This document shows positions 13,429 to 26,518 of a DNA stretch of 64,000 bases, piece after piece; positions within the stretch are counted from its first letter, which is position 1; each line of letters starts with the position of its first letter. Source of the DNA: Utricularia gibba (Eukaryota > Plantae > Magnoliophyta); NCBI GenBank assembly GCA_002189035.1, contig NEEC01000009.1, positions 3,286,001-3,350,000 of the forward strand. The letters run 5' to 3'. The notes under the pieces are model-generated. The model did no database searches. It saw nothing but the letters and a program-made list of their open reading frames with translations, and was not told the DNA's origin. Position numbers and translations under genes: made by a program.

Positions 13429-13768
13429 TGTGTTGTTGCTTCTCTGGAAAACAAGAAGGTCTTGGCAGAGCCATGGAGGCTTCCTCTCCCAAGCTCTTAT
13501 TCTTTGAGTGCCTTCTGCCAAGACACCTCTGTCTTTGTGGAATCTCAAGGACGTGTGCTATCATGTTATCTATTGAAATACAGAGATTAATAAATTAATT
13601 AAATAAATCCTCAGAAAGGCCTTCTTAATGACCAGCCCAGCCCAATTTATATATATAAACGGAGAGGCAGCGGAGGGGGTGATGTTTGAGAGAGAGAATC
13701 TAGAGGGAGAATAGAGGCCGAGTCGTCCGTCAGTTTTCAGCGACTCCGGGAAAACCAAGCAGATCGAA

Positions 13769-14113
13769 ATGGCCGCCGCCATCTGGAGATTTCTCCCGGC
13801 GCTCCTCTGCTTCATCGCTGCGCTAGGGCTCTCGAGCGCGGCCGGGGACGCGGCGCTGTGGATTATGCCGTCCGTCAACACCGGGGGTTGCAAGGGGACC
13901 ATAGGCGAGTGCACCGAGACCGATTTCGACCTCGATTCCGAAGCCAACCGGCGAATCCTACAGTCCACGTCTCGCTACATCAGCTACGGGGCGCTCGCGA
14001 GGAACAACATCCCTTGCTCGCGCCGCGGCGCGTCCTACTACAACTGCCGTGCCGGCGCGGAGGCGAACCCTTACCGCCGCGGCTGCAGCGCCATAACGCT
14101 GTGCCGGAGCTGA
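13769..14113 (+). CDS. RALF: Rapid alkalinization factor precursor (RALF1/22/23/33-like)
   Basis: Signal peptide, acidic pro-region, RRIL cleavage site, YISYGAL motif, IPCSRRGASYYNC and ANPYRRGCSAITLCR with four cysteines; single exon. Confidence 0.97.
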   Translation: MAAAIWRFLPALLCFIAALGLSSAAGDAALWIMPSVNTGGCKGTIGECTETDFDLDSEANRRILQSTSRYISYGALARNNIPCSRRGASYYNCRAGAEANPYRRGCSAITLCRS

Positions 14114-15460
14114 AAGGGCAATTTCTACATTCCGTCGCGGTCGATTTTTTTTTTTCCTGGTTAACTAAATTGATTCGTCGCGTTTGGTATACGAAGAATT
14201 GGATTCAATGGTCATCATCAAAATAAAGAATCGCTTGTATCCCCAGCATCATTCCACCGCAATTAGCGGCGTCATTAATTCTTTAATGATCTCAGGAAGG
14301 CGCGTCGGGAACGGGCAGTTGGAATTTAAGGGCGGGCAGCCATGTGCCAACCACATCCAGCTGGACGGGTGACCACCTTATTCAAAATATGAATACACAT
14401 CTGCTACATTAACTATGAAATCAAGCACCCCGTGGACGTTTTTTAAAAAGTACAGAAACCTGATTTTGATGCGAAACGGAATTATGAAGCCACGTTGCAC
14501 AGTCCCATGACATGTCCATAGTAACAAGATCATGATCCATTAGTATCATCCCACATCGGAAAGTCACGCGACTACGAGTCGGAATCCAGTGTTTAAATGT
14601 GCACTTTCATGTGATCAAATATAATAAAATAATACTTTAGAAAAAATTATTGTTTTTTGTTTATTTACTTTTTGGGTGAAGGAAGCAAGGAATAGGTGGA
14701 GTGGGTGGTGGTATTAATCAGACAACGGCGGTGTACACGCAACCGCAACAACCAAAGTCCATTTTCCCCATCATACTCTTTCTTCCCTTGTGTTTTTAAT
14801 TTTTTTTGGTAAAAAAATGCTCACTCTTCGTTTGGGGCAATTATTATTGCATCATCTCCCCGTCATCACAATTCACAGGCCATAATTTTGCTTTTTTTTT
14901 TGTTTTGTTTGACTTGTGGTGAAGCTCCATAGTTTGGCAGACACGTGAGCGGCGATTTGTGGGCGCGATCAACCCCCAAAAGAAGCATCCACATTGAATG
15001 AGAGTTGATTTGTTCACAAGAAAAAGATTCAAATCTCGGGGCGTTGATTGAGTGAGTTCTCTGTTTTCCAACTTCCTCTCTTCGTCTTTATGTGATGAGA
15101 AACAGACAATGCCCAATGATTCTATTCATGACATTGAAACCAAACTGTGTATCCTAATAGATTCCCGACAAAATCGAAGGACACCCTCCACCTTTTCCTT
15201 TTCTTATGGGAGTTGAAGAAGGAAGGCATGGTGGTGGTGATGATGATGATGATGAGACAGTTTTCTTGCTGTCGGAGCTATAACCTCTCGCATGGCATGT
15301 GTGGGATGCTGTGTGTGTTTGTTGCATGAGTGCGGACGAATGATATGATATGATATCATATCAACCTTTAAAGAATGGCAACTCCAGGACTCCATTTCCC
15401 TTATTTATCATACTTCGCCACTCACACACAACCCTCCCCTCCTGTTTCTTTTTCTTCCAT

Positions 15461-15468
15461 TATAAATA
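15461..15468 (+). promoter_or_regulatory. Putative TATA box of the MIR164 primary transcript
   Basis: TATAAATA after a CT-rich tract, about 75 nt upstream of the hairpin. Confidence 0.6.
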
Positions 15469-15540
15469 CCAGGCCTGCTGCTGCTTCTGCCTTCCTGTGT
15501 GCATTTGGGAAGGGAATTGTGGGATGGTACCCGTCCGCGA

Positions 15541-15649
15541 GTGAGCGCCCCTCGTTGGAGAAGCAGGGCACGTGCACCGCCGCTGCTCCGGCCCGCCGCT
15601 GGCCGTGGCTTCGGGTTTGCACGTGCTCCATTTCTCCGACATGGGTCAC
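15541..15649 (+). ncRNA. MIR164: miR164 precursor hairpin
   Basis: Exact mature TGGAGAAGCAGGGCACGTGCA at 15556-15576; complementary star arm CACGTGCTCCATTTCTCCGAC at 15620-15640; basal GTGA/TCAC pairing. Confidence 0.97.
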
Positions 15650-15867
15650 TCCCTCCTCGTCCTAGGGCGAAGCAGTCTTTCGTTTGCTGAACTTGTTCGT
15701 TTCTAATTAGAAGTGGGCCCGGACATGAAATTTATGTGGGCCCATTAAATGGGCCTTTTCTGTGTTAATTGGAGGGCTGTTTTATGTTTATTAAGTATGA
15801 TTAATTGGAAATGATTTTATAAATTCTAAAGAAACGGAATCCAGAAGGGAAATCGACGGGCCAAATT

Positions 15868-18174
15868 ATGGCTGCGACGGCGACGCCCGCGGTGTTCGTG
15901 GATTCCGATGCGGCATCCTCTGGCAGTTGCGGTTCTGTGCAATTCGGAACGGCGGAGGCGCTTGAGCACGTGCGCAAGCTGACGGACGTCGGCGCCATGA
16001 CACGCCTGCTCCACGAGTGCATCGCCTATCAACGGGGCATAGATCTCGAACTGGAGAATCTGCTTTCCCAGCGCCCTGAGTTGGACCAGCAAGTGCTGAA
16101 TCTGCAGAGATCTGCTGACGTTTTGGCTATTTTGAAGGGTGATTCATCCGACATGCTCTCCAAGGTCGCCTCCACATCCGGCCTAGCGGATGAGGTCTCC
16201 GCCAAAGTTCGTCATTTGGATCTCGCTCAGTCACGAGTGCAGGAGACGCTCCTCCGGATCGACGCCATTGTGGATCGATCCAACTGCCTTCAGGGAGTCA
16301 ATAAGTCTCTCGAGGCTGAGGATTTCGAATCTGCAGCTTCATACATTCAGACATTCCTCCAGATTGACTCCAAATTTAAGGATTCGTCCGCCGTGGATCA
16401 GCGTGAGCAGCTCCTTTCATATAAAAAGCAATTGGAAAGTATTGTGAAAAAGAAGCTACTGTTCGCTGTGGATCAGCGCGACCATTCGAATATTCTCCGC
16501 TTCATTAAACTGTACCATCCTCTGGGTCTCGAAGACGAAGGATTGCAGGTTTACGTGGGCTATTTGCGGAAGGTAATCTCTGCGAGGTCAAAGGTGGAGT
16601 TTGAGCAATTGGTGGAAACCATGGAGCAATCAAACAGCAACACACAGGTGGATTTTGTTGCTTGTCTCAGAAATTTGTTTCAGGATACTGTTCTGGCTAT
16701 AGAGAACAATAGTGAAATTCTGAGCAGCTTGTGCGGTGAAGATGGAATTGTTTATGCAATTTGTGAGCTCCAAGAGGAATGTGACTCTCGTGGCTTCCAT
16801 ATTCTGAAAAATTTCATAGAGTTCCGGAAGCTGGAAAAATTGAGTTCTGATATCAACTCATACAAGAGCAACATGTTGCCCGTGGCTGTGGAGAGACCTG
16901 ATCTCAAGAAGATCGAGCTTTTTCTAGAAGAGGTTCTCTCGTTGACGCTGCTGGGTGAGAATTATACAGAGTACATGGTGTCCAAAATTAGGAATTTGAG
17001 CTCTGTAGATCCAGAATTGGGTCCGAAAGCCACAAAAGCCTTCAGAAGTGGCAATTTCAGTATTGTTTCTCAGGAAATCACAGGGTATTATGTTATCTTG
17101 GAAGGGTTTTTTATGGTGGAGAATGTGAGGATGGCAATTCAGATTGATGAGCATGTTCTTGATGGCCTCACCACCTCCATGGTGGATGATGTTTTCTATG
17201 TGTTACAGAGTTGTTTCCGGAGGGCAGTGAGTACTTCCAATGTCAACCCCGTAATTGCACTGCTTAGCAGTGGTGTTAGTCTATTGGTCGGTGAATATAG
17301 TGAGGCCTTGCAGCAGAAGATAAGAGAACCTAATCTTGGGGCCAAGCTGTTTTTGGGTGGTGTTGGAGTTACCTTGACTGGGACTGAGATTGCAACGGCA
17401 CTGAATAATATTGACGTTAGTAGCGAATACGCCTTGAAACTTCACCAGTCTATTGAGGAGCAATGTGCCGAGGTATCTGTGTTTGCTGGTGGATTTTTTT
17501 CTTATTTTTTTTTTATCATAGGGATAACATTGTTTATTGTTTCAGGTCTTCCTTGCACCTGCCGATCGCGAGAGAGTGAAGGCATGCCTATCTGAGTTGA
17601 ACGAAACAAGCAGTAGGTTTAAGAAGCTGCTGAATGTTGGGATGGAGCAACTGGCGGCCACTGTGACACCCCGAATCAGACCCGTTCTAGACACGGTGGC
17701 AACCATTAGCTACGAGCTCACTGAAGCAGAATACGCGGACTACGAAGTGAACGATCCCTGGGTGCAAAGGCTTCTGCATTATGTTGAGACCAATGTAGCC
17801 TGGCTTCAACCCCTGATGACTGCCAACAATTACGATGCGTTTGTGCATTTGGTGGTCGACTTCGTGGTAAAGCGGCTTGAAGTGATCATGATGCAGAAGA
17901 GGTTCAGCCAGCTTGGAGGTCTTCAGCTTGACCGTGACACCAGGGCGCTTGTCAGCCATTTCTCAAGCATGTCACAGAGGACGGTCCGAGACAAGTTCGC
18001 GAGACTCACTCAGATGGCCACCATCCTCAACTTGGAAAAGGTGTCGGAGATTCTAGACTTCTGGGGGAGAACTCAGGGCCCATGACATGGAGACTAACCC
18101 CTGCCGAAGTCAGAAGAGTTTTGGGTCTGAGGGTGGATTTCAAACCAGAAGCCATTCTTGCTTTAAAACTCTAG
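15868..18174 (+). CDS. COG4: Conserved oligomeric Golgi complex subunit 4; exons 15868-17472 and 17546-18174
   Basis: [19 protein letters not shown]; [12 protein letters not shown]; [17 protein letters not shown]; the end [32 protein letters not shown] is restored by one extra G at 18063-18067. Confidence 0.95.
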
Positions 18175-18491
18175 ACAAGTAACTATTAGCAAGGATCAGA
18201 ACCCAGCGAGCGAACTTGTCGAGTTGATTCTTTTGTGAAGCAATTTAACTACCGGACACAAAGCTGCTGCTCCTCCTCCTCCTGTGCAGAGAAAAAAAGA
18301 TGATGGGATCATGGGAAAGCCTGTCAAGAGCAAACAGTGGGAGACCCCATCTTGACAAAGCACGATCCTCCACCGCAAAAGATTTGTGGCAGTGCGCTTG
18401 ACTACAGGCACCCAAGCCACGCGCTCCGATTCAATATTATCTGGTATTCTTGAAGAAAGCTAGGCCTAGACTTAAAATAACATTTTTTATG

Positions 18492-19893
18492 TCACTTGGG
18501 AATAGAATATTGATTACGTGGAGAAGAGGAAGACGAGGCATGGAAAAACAGAACAACAGCAGAGATATCATCCATGGCTATTCCCGTCCTCTTCCTCTTC
18601 CACGCCTTCGCAGCACCCTCTACCAACCGCTTCGCAGCTTTGCCACGATCGGTTGCGGCCGATACGATGCTCACAGCTTCTTCATTGGATATCACATCCC
18701 ATACCTGCAACAAGGACCAGTGGATATTCAAATTCATCATAAAATGTAAAGGCACACAAGATGGATGGATCCCTTGTACCAACCCCATCTGTAGCCAGAA
18801 TGATGAACTCATCTTTGCAGGTTACATCAATGTGTGGAACTTCAGGAAGTGAAATCAACCCGAATTCTTTCAAGCAGTAGTCTCCAAAAGCTCTGGACAT
18901 GGCAAGACCAGGCTTTTCCTCATCTGGCAGCCATACTCTGTGAACCCCGGGTTCATCCATCAGGCAAAACACTCGTCCTTTGCACCCGAATATCCTGTCA
19001 GCTTCGTCTGCAATGCTTCATTCCATCAGAAAATGTCGAAAAACTATGATCTGCGAATGCGGGAAAAAAAGAAAAATTCTAACGAGGAAGGTTGGGCTTG
19101 AAATCGACTGTAAGCTGTACAGCCATCAGGTTTCCATCATCTGATGTTGTGGCTAGAACTGCACGTGAATCTCCAACGTTTGCCAAGAAAACTTTGTCTC
19201 CCTGCAGGAACCATTGAGGTAAAATGCCTTCTTTTATTTCCTTCCCCCATTTTCGACAATAACATGAACTGAACTTCTGCTACCTGTCTAACAGCAGCCA
19301 AGGCAGTTGTTCCACTGTAGAAAGAGTCGATTTTACGGTTCTGCACAAGCTCCTTGTCCACAGCAGCACAGGCCTTAATGAAGGAATGCTTCCATACATT
19401 GAAAATCATCTTTCCATCATCTGATTCCAAATCACAGCCTGGATTTAGTGAAGCTGCTGCGACAAGGGATTCCTGCCAGTGGCGGAGAAGAGTTCGCGGC
19501 ATCGACCGCCGAACACATTTCGCAACGAAATGCCCCCAAGGTCCATGACCATCGAACACCCACAAAAAATCATATCCTCCTGGCACCCAAAATCCTGCTC
19601 TTTTGAAGAGGAAATCAGATGAAATGGGAGTCCCGGATTAAGCAACAATGCAACCATCTTACCTCCCAAACAACACAACAGTCTTGATTCACCCCCTTTT
19701 CTCCTCTCCTGGAGTATACAGAAACCGAGTTCTTCATCCCTGAGGTCTTCAGTATCAAACCATTTCTCCTGGCATCTTTAGCCATGGATTCAACTGCTTC
19801 GCTTCTATCGCTGCTTCCGGGAATCTTCTTTTGACTTCCATTGATTGAAAGTGACCTTTTAATCCCGTTCAACATCCATGACATATGACCCAT
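18492..19893 (-). CDS. Clade E PP2C phosphatase (EGR1/EGR2-like)
   Basis: MGHMSWMLNGIKRSLS; RRGEKGVNQDC; FGCQEDMIFCGVFDGHGPWGH (one G lost at 19559-19561); GLAMSRAFGDYCLK; ILATDGVWDV; KRTGIAMDDIS. Confidence 0.92.
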
Positions 19894-22233
19894 ATCTCCT
19901 CCCCCTGTAACTGCAGTAGATTAAAAAAAAACCCTTCCTGACTCCAAATTACATGAGAAAAGAATGCTGAAGAAAACCAGTTCTTGGCACTGCTCACAAA
20001 TGAATCTTGAGAGAACTCTGCTCCTCAACTACTCCATTCCATAGTTGCAATGCTTTCGCTGGTGGGAAACCTGACTCGGGAGGCAAGAAGGCAGCAATCA
20101 AGGCATAGATCTGAAGAAGAAGGCGATGAACATGAACAGCATTCTCGTACAGTGCAGGGCACCCAACAAAATATCCAGAATAATTCAAAGGCAACAGAAC
20201 AGTACGACTCAATTGATAATGCTCAAGTCCATGAACGTGACCTACACGTGGCACGCGCACAAAAGAAAAACGTACTCGCACTTCTCACCACGCATCCAAT
20301 CCAATCCTCTTCGTTTTAACTGGCAGAGCTCCATCGACGGCAGAATTGCTTCATCGGATCTCTTCCAAATGAAAGGACATTTAATGTTCAAATGAAAAAA
20401 AAAAAAAGAACAGCCGCGTCGGAAAATGACGTGAGCAGGCGGCGAAGGAGAGTCTCTCGGAGACGAAAGCACGAAATGCCTGCCATACCTAAAACAAATC
20501 GCCAGATTCAGAAAAGCGACGAGCACTGGAGCTTAAATCGCCAGAACGCAGGGAAAAGGATTATATATTCTTGTTTTTTTTTTATTTATTTAAAATCTCC
20601 CGTCCGTTGTTATTTATTCCTGGTTGACACTGGGACATGGACTCGGGTGTCCTGCCCAGCCGCATTAACCTCTTTAAAATGTAATTGACTGAAATTAATG
20701 AAGACAATATAATAACTCATGTATTAATTTTGTGCTCTAGATTTATAAGAGGGACTGGAGACAGGACATTTGTGTCTTATCTAACCCTTTGTCCCAAACC
20801 ATATTGTATTAATTAAAAATATCGGTGCTTGGAATTGGATTGGTTTCCCGACACAAGTCAATGGAGATGAAGGCAGTAGGAGCGACTGCTCAGGGAACTG
20901 GAGAGAAGCCGAGCGAGCTCTTCGCCTCCAACCCCGGCGTTGCGGGAGGTGTCTTCATCACCTCCAAACAATTGCGGGATGGATCTCGGCGTCATCTCCA
21001 CCGGGATTTGGAATGTACCTTCTCGGGGCTCCAGACAATTGAAGAGGGAGAAACACCCTGAGAATCATGCGGTGATCGGGTTGGCATGAAGCGGATGGGA
21101 GACGGGATCATGAAACGGCCCCATGCCGGGAACCCCGACGAGTCCGGTAAACTCGTGAATTGCCACCGACAGCAATGGAATGCTGCCAATGATGAAAGGA
21201 GGTCGTCTAGCAGCATTTGTATGGCGAGGAATAGCAGCATCATTTTACACCCACCCCCTTTTTCCGGCGGCTCATTATCATGGGAGTCGCCTTAACGCAG
21301 AGGTGCCAAACTCTGGCTGGTTGGGGTTGGCAATCGGCATGATGCAGTTACTGTCCAGGAGATGAGTGGGTCGCCATGAAACCTGAGGAGCTCCCCCACC
21401 CTTTCCTGCCAACAAAGAGCTGCAATAATAATGTCATTTTTATGAATATTTTTTGCCCACTAATTTCCACAGGCATATGAATGTAGTAATCTAAGGGTGA
21501 CGCGAGTGGTGGCATTTATTGATAAAATATATTTGAAAATGAATGCATCGATTTGCAATTTCTGACCGCATCATTTGCATTCACTGACCAAATCTAGCAC
21601 GCGTTGACTTCCTTTTTCCACCCACCCATGCACGCACTTCGAAACACATAAAAATGTCAACGCATGGACGAAAGTCAAACTCGACCTCCAGGGAACAACA
21701 CACACACACACACAAGGCTTCGATCCTCACGCTTGCTCCCACGCATTAGGAGTTATGTGGGTGCGTTTGGTGGGAAGCTTTCATGGGTGCGTTGTGCACT
21801 GCCTGCGATTCCCCCACCTCCTCCTCCTCCTCGGTGTTCTCCCCATCTGTTATCGAAAATCCGGCGTAGCAACATGCAAGTCTCGTCAGTTGACTTTTTA
21901 ACTTAGTCAACCCCACGAATATTAGTCCAAACGTTATGGCAAATAAAATTTCCCAGATGAATTTGCCGAAGCCATTTATTTATTGTCCACGGCGTCCAAG
22001 AATCGGCGCAGCAGCTTACTGGTATAAAATGGAGGAGGAGGAGGAGGAGAACGGAGGAGGAATCCAGGCACGAGGCACAACATGAAAGAGCACAAAGGAG
22101 TGCGTTGACTTTTCGGCATTCCGAAAAGGAGGTCTCTAATTCTGAAAGCGACTTGCACGCGCTTGTTCTCTGTCTTTTCTTTTTGCCCGGTGCCTCTCCA
22201 CCTTACGCTTTGAAATTTCGAAATCAGAAGTCG

Positions 22234-23206
22234 ATGGAGTTGGAGGGTTTGCCCTCTGGGTATCGCCCCAATGTCGGAGTCTGCCTCCTCAACGCTGACG
22301 ACATGGTAATAACCGGCAATCCTCTTCTGCCTTCGATCTCTTCATGGTAATAATTCCTTGCTTTTTTGGAGACTGGTCTTCAGGTGTTTGTGGCTTCAAG
22401 AATGAATGTCCCTGGAGCATGGCAGATGCCGCAGGTGAGATGACGAACAAACACCGTTTGTTTGAATTCCTGGAGACAAGAATAAAAATCGGTTCTTAAT
22501 GCTTTACAAGGCTTCTTCTTCCAGTAGGCAGACATGGGTCTTGATTAGAAACTATTGAGAAGAAGCAAGTTGTGCTTTTTTTCTTTTTTTCTTTTTTTTT
22601 TCGTGTGTGTCTGTTTCCACATACCCTGTTCGCGGTATTTGATTTAGTAGCCTTTGATTGCTGATTCCCTTAGGGAGGTATAGAGGAAGGCGAGGATCCA
22701 AGGTCCGCGGCAATCAGGGAACTGCGTGAAGAAACCGGAATTGCATCTGTTGAAATCATAGATGAGGTAGTAGCGGTTAGCAGCTATGTTTGAATTCTTT
22801 TCTCAATGATGTGAGCTGAGCGCAAGATCTGGACCGGTTTTCAGGTTCAACAATGGCTGACTTGTGACTTCCCTCCTCCTGTGAAGGCTAAAGTCAGTCG
22901 TCTTTGGGGAGGGGAATGGCATGGCCAAGCACAAAAATGGTTAGAGATTGATCTGTTGTCCTGTCATCGACTAGAGCTTTTTACTTATGCGAATGCATAA
23001 TCTGCAGGTTTCTGATGAGAATGACAGGACAAGAGAATGAGATCAATCTAGAGAATGGTGAAACAGACCCTGGATTCTCAGACTGGAAATGGGCTACGCC
23101 TGAAGAAGTCATCGATCAGGCTGTGGATTACAAGAGACCTGTGTATGAGCAAGTGATGAAAAGCTTCAAAGCCCATCTCAGTTCAAATAAAACTGCCATA
23201 TCTTGA
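22234..23206 (+). CDS. NUDT25: Nudix hydrolase 25-like (Ap4A hydrolase), 5 exons
   Basis: LPSGYRPNVGVCL|VFVASRMNVPGAWQMPQ|GGIEEGEDPRSAAIRELREETG (Nudix box)|WLTCDFPP..WGGEWHGQAQKW|..WKWATPEEVIDQAVDYKRPVY. Confidence 0.93.
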
Positions 23207-23818
23207 CTCATCAACCCGGTGAAGACCAAAGCAATGCATCCTACAATACAAAAAGCAGTGCGGTGATTGATGATAATTACTACTGCACTTCATGTAAACG
23301 AGAAGGTAGTGTTTGTTGTGTGTGAGAGTGAGACATTCAGTGGTGGGATTTACCTTCCTTTCCTACACTGTGGAATAAAGATGGAGCTTCTGGCACCTAG
23401 GCTTGTCCTGGTTGTACATTTGAACTTCCGGCATCGTTTTCTTACACTCAAACATGAAACAGCAACAAACACAAAGGTTACCAACGTCGCGTTCTATGCA
23501 TCCAGTATGTCGGCGAGCGAGCCCTGACAGTTCGATTCAGAGAAACTTCAGAGCGAGAGGGCGACGGGACTTTTTCATGCAAACTATAGAAGCTAGTCAT
23601 CGCCCAAATCAATCTTCTGGCACCCAAAAAGGGAAGGGTGTGATCTTCGTGACGCCGTCACCGGAAGTCAAAAGAAGATTCCTCCAAAACATCACCAACC
23701 ATTCTGCCATTGGTTCAGCAAGCAGCCAGATAACACGAAGAGACAAAACTGCAACTCAGTTCAGACAAGATCACTGCTTAAGGCACAGCGCAACATCCCA
23801 TACCCAAAGGTGATGGAA

Positions 23819-23896
23819 AGACTGGCGAAGTTTCAAGGCATATTCGCCGCAAACGTCAATACTATTCCGTGGCGTAGCAATCTCAGTCCCGGTCAA
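23819..23896 (-). repeat. 78-nt inverted copy of a COG4 exon-1 segment (17374-17451)
   Basis: Direct ungapped alignment of the reverse complement to COG4 shows 10 mismatches in 78 nt (about 87% identity). Confidence 0.9.
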
Positions 23897-24109
23897 TGGT
23901 GACCATTTTTTTCCCTCCATAATCCAACCAACTTCTCTAAAATTGTGTTCCGTACACAGTCTGGGTTGGATCCCAATCTAAAGCCCAGAACAATGCTTTT
24001 GTTGGGCCGGCCTGATCCAAAGTAAAAAAGAGGGAAATATTTATTTAAAAAGTACGTATTTTCCACGTAGGTGTGTACCTGGAAATTGGAATCCAGTCCA
24101 ACGGAACAG

Positions 24110-26100
24110 CAGGGATGGGGAGGGCCTCGCTACTCGTCATCGGCGCCTCCGCCTGCGAATCGGCGGTGGTGATGCATGCGGAATCCATCGAATCCTTGCC
24201 GCGGTCCCCCGTGGGAATAATTTTGAAACCGGGGCTCCGCATCGGTCGCAGAAGCTGCTGCTTATGTACAGGTATGGAGGGCACATAGTTCCCCGACAAG
24301 ACGCTCTGTTACGTCGGCGGCGAGACGAGAATCATTGTGATTGACTGTCATGATTTTCATGCCGATATTCGGAGCCGTCTCTCCAAAAGCCTCTCTTCCA
24401 ACCGAATCCCGTTTTTGCTGAAATACCAGATCCCGAATGAGGATCTTGATTCCCTGATTTCTGTGACCACTGATGAAGATCTTGAGAACATGAATGAGGA
24501 ATATGACCGCCTCAATAGTTCAGGAGGAGGATCGAAACCCGCCCGTATTCGTCTCTTCTTGTTTCTTAAATGGCCGTATAACATTGAGCGCCTTCTTGCC
24601 GAGACCCGCTCGGCGGAGTCGGATGATTGGTTCTTCAAGGCCTTGAATAGGAAGACAAGTGTATTATCTGTGGGAGCTAATAGAAATGTGACCGTTGGGC
24701 ACATCTACCAGGAGACATTGTATATAAAAGCATTCAACCAGTAGTACTTGCTTTACATTCAAATCCTTAGATTACTGTATTCTCTGAAACTCTTCTACAC
24801 CAGCTTCTGGTTTTCTTATAGGTCCTAGTGATTGTGGGATTTCAGAACCTTCCTCCTTGGTTTGGACAAGGATCTAGTGTGAAAAAGCCGGGGTAGGAGG
24901 AAAGTATGATGAAATGCATTCAGAGAGGTCAAAAGTGGTTGGAAATGAATCGGGAGTCGGGAGATAGTGGTGTTGATCATGATGTGAACTCTATTCCTGA
25001 TTCTCCCATGCTTGAAGGCGGATCATATTTTGATTCCGCTTTCCATTTGGCCTTGTGTTGCGAACTTTCCGTGTTGAGGAGAAACCAAAGGCTGGTGCTT
25101 TGGGAATCGAGGGTCAGTTTCAGAGTTGAATGTGGGGGGAGTTGGTAATCCTGAAGAATTGGGGTTTCGTGACGCCATCACCGGTAGCAGCGTGCGATTT
25201 TCCAGTGGCTTCCGTTGGCGTCAGTGAATACGCCGCTAACCGGGTTTGGTTCGATAATGAAATGTCGGATCACAGTAGGTACAGAAAAACCCAGCAGTCT
25301 CAATTGCCTCAGCATCCAGTTGCTCCTCATATTCAGCGGAAACCAGTTGATGTCTTGGATTTACCTTCTCCTGACTCGGTTTCAAGGTACACATTTAGAA
25401 CTTTGGCGGAAAGTTTTCTAATTCGTGTTATATACTCCTCTCTGATATGCATTTGATCTCAAGCTACGTATTATGCCTGGGGTGGTGACGCAAGCAGTGC
25501 ATCAGCAACAAATTGGCGAAGTGAAATCTGGAAACATTGGGCTGCCTCCTAATCAAGCTGATCTGAAAAATTGGGAGCCAAATAGCATGAAGTTTCAAGT
25601 GCACTCAAAAGTTGAAGAATCTGGTGGATACGCGATCCGAAGCCAACATAATCAAAACCATCCAACTTTGCATCAGCCACTACAGTTTGTTCACGATGGA
25701 CGCCAGTATCTTCAAGCAGGAGCCATGCCAATTGCATCTCACTACCATGTTTGTGCACCCCAACAGCAACATCATCCACAGCAGCATCTGCTTGACCAGC
25801 AATACTCATTGTACTTCATGCCAGCTCCAGGCGCCCAAGCATGTAAGTTTCCAGGCCAGCAACCGATGTAAAGTGAATCAACACAGTCTGGTCTGTCCAG
25901 CCGCCCCCAAGCTCTCCCGTCTTCTCCTGCTGGTGTATCCCATCGTATGGTTTTTAGTCCAGTTACTAGTGTTCCTTCCTACCTCCAAACCTGACGTGGC
26001 CTCTGAAATGTATCAAACAGCTGCTGGGGTAGCAGCACCGAACAGAGTTGATTGAAACCATCCTAAACAGGGGAACGGTTTAGAAGGCACAGAAGAAGAA
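24110..26100 (+). pseudogene. PB1 (octicosapeptide/Phox/Bem1p) domain gene, degraded; ends approximate
   Basis: KLLLMYRYGGHIVP / DKTLCYVGGETRII / LKYQIPNEDLDSLISVTTDEDLENM..RIRLFLF; later DVNSIPDSPMLE and LDLPSPDSVS plus a Q-rich tail. Frameshift at 24291-24294, loss of the RPH residues, substituted conserved residues and several further frame breaks. Confidence 0.6.
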
Positions 26101-26518
26101 GAGTCACAGTGGTTATTGGTTACGGAAAGCTGAAGAATCAATAAAACTGATGTCCACTCGTGTCAGCATTCAATACAAGAACCCACCGACACAATTTCGT
26201 TAAAATGTTTGGGCTGTAGGAAATCAAAAAAAAAATAAAAATAGGCCAAGTGAAACCCTGAATCAATGACCTCGCAATTTCCTTCAAAAACCAGCAGCCA
26301 TTGGGATTTGGGAACAAAGCTCAATGCTTGGGTGGGTGGGTTAAAGTTATCTATTAAAAAAACATTGAGAAAAGAAAAGGCCCAATAGGCGGGATTGATT
26401 GGTGTGGTTGGAAGTCGTACACATCTTCCCTTTTGTGAACCGTTGGAACAGCGGGTTCCTGCTATTCGTGCAGTCCAGTTTGGGGATAAGAGAAGTATAG
26501 TGCGCGGCTTTGTTCAAA

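Noticed and set aside
18320-18360. Short TGTCAAGA/TCTTGACA hairpin resembling TAS3 tasiR-ARF
   Set aside because: The match to tasiR-ARF is too short and no miR390 sites flank it.
2323-19561. Calling CRK, PWWP, oxidoreductase, COG4 and PP2C pseudogenes
   Set aside because: Each break is a single base in a G/C run with fully conserved flanks, most consistent with assembly error.
20620-20800. Possible MITE relic (GGGAC../..GTCCC motifs)
   Set aside because: No clear TIR pair or target-site duplication.
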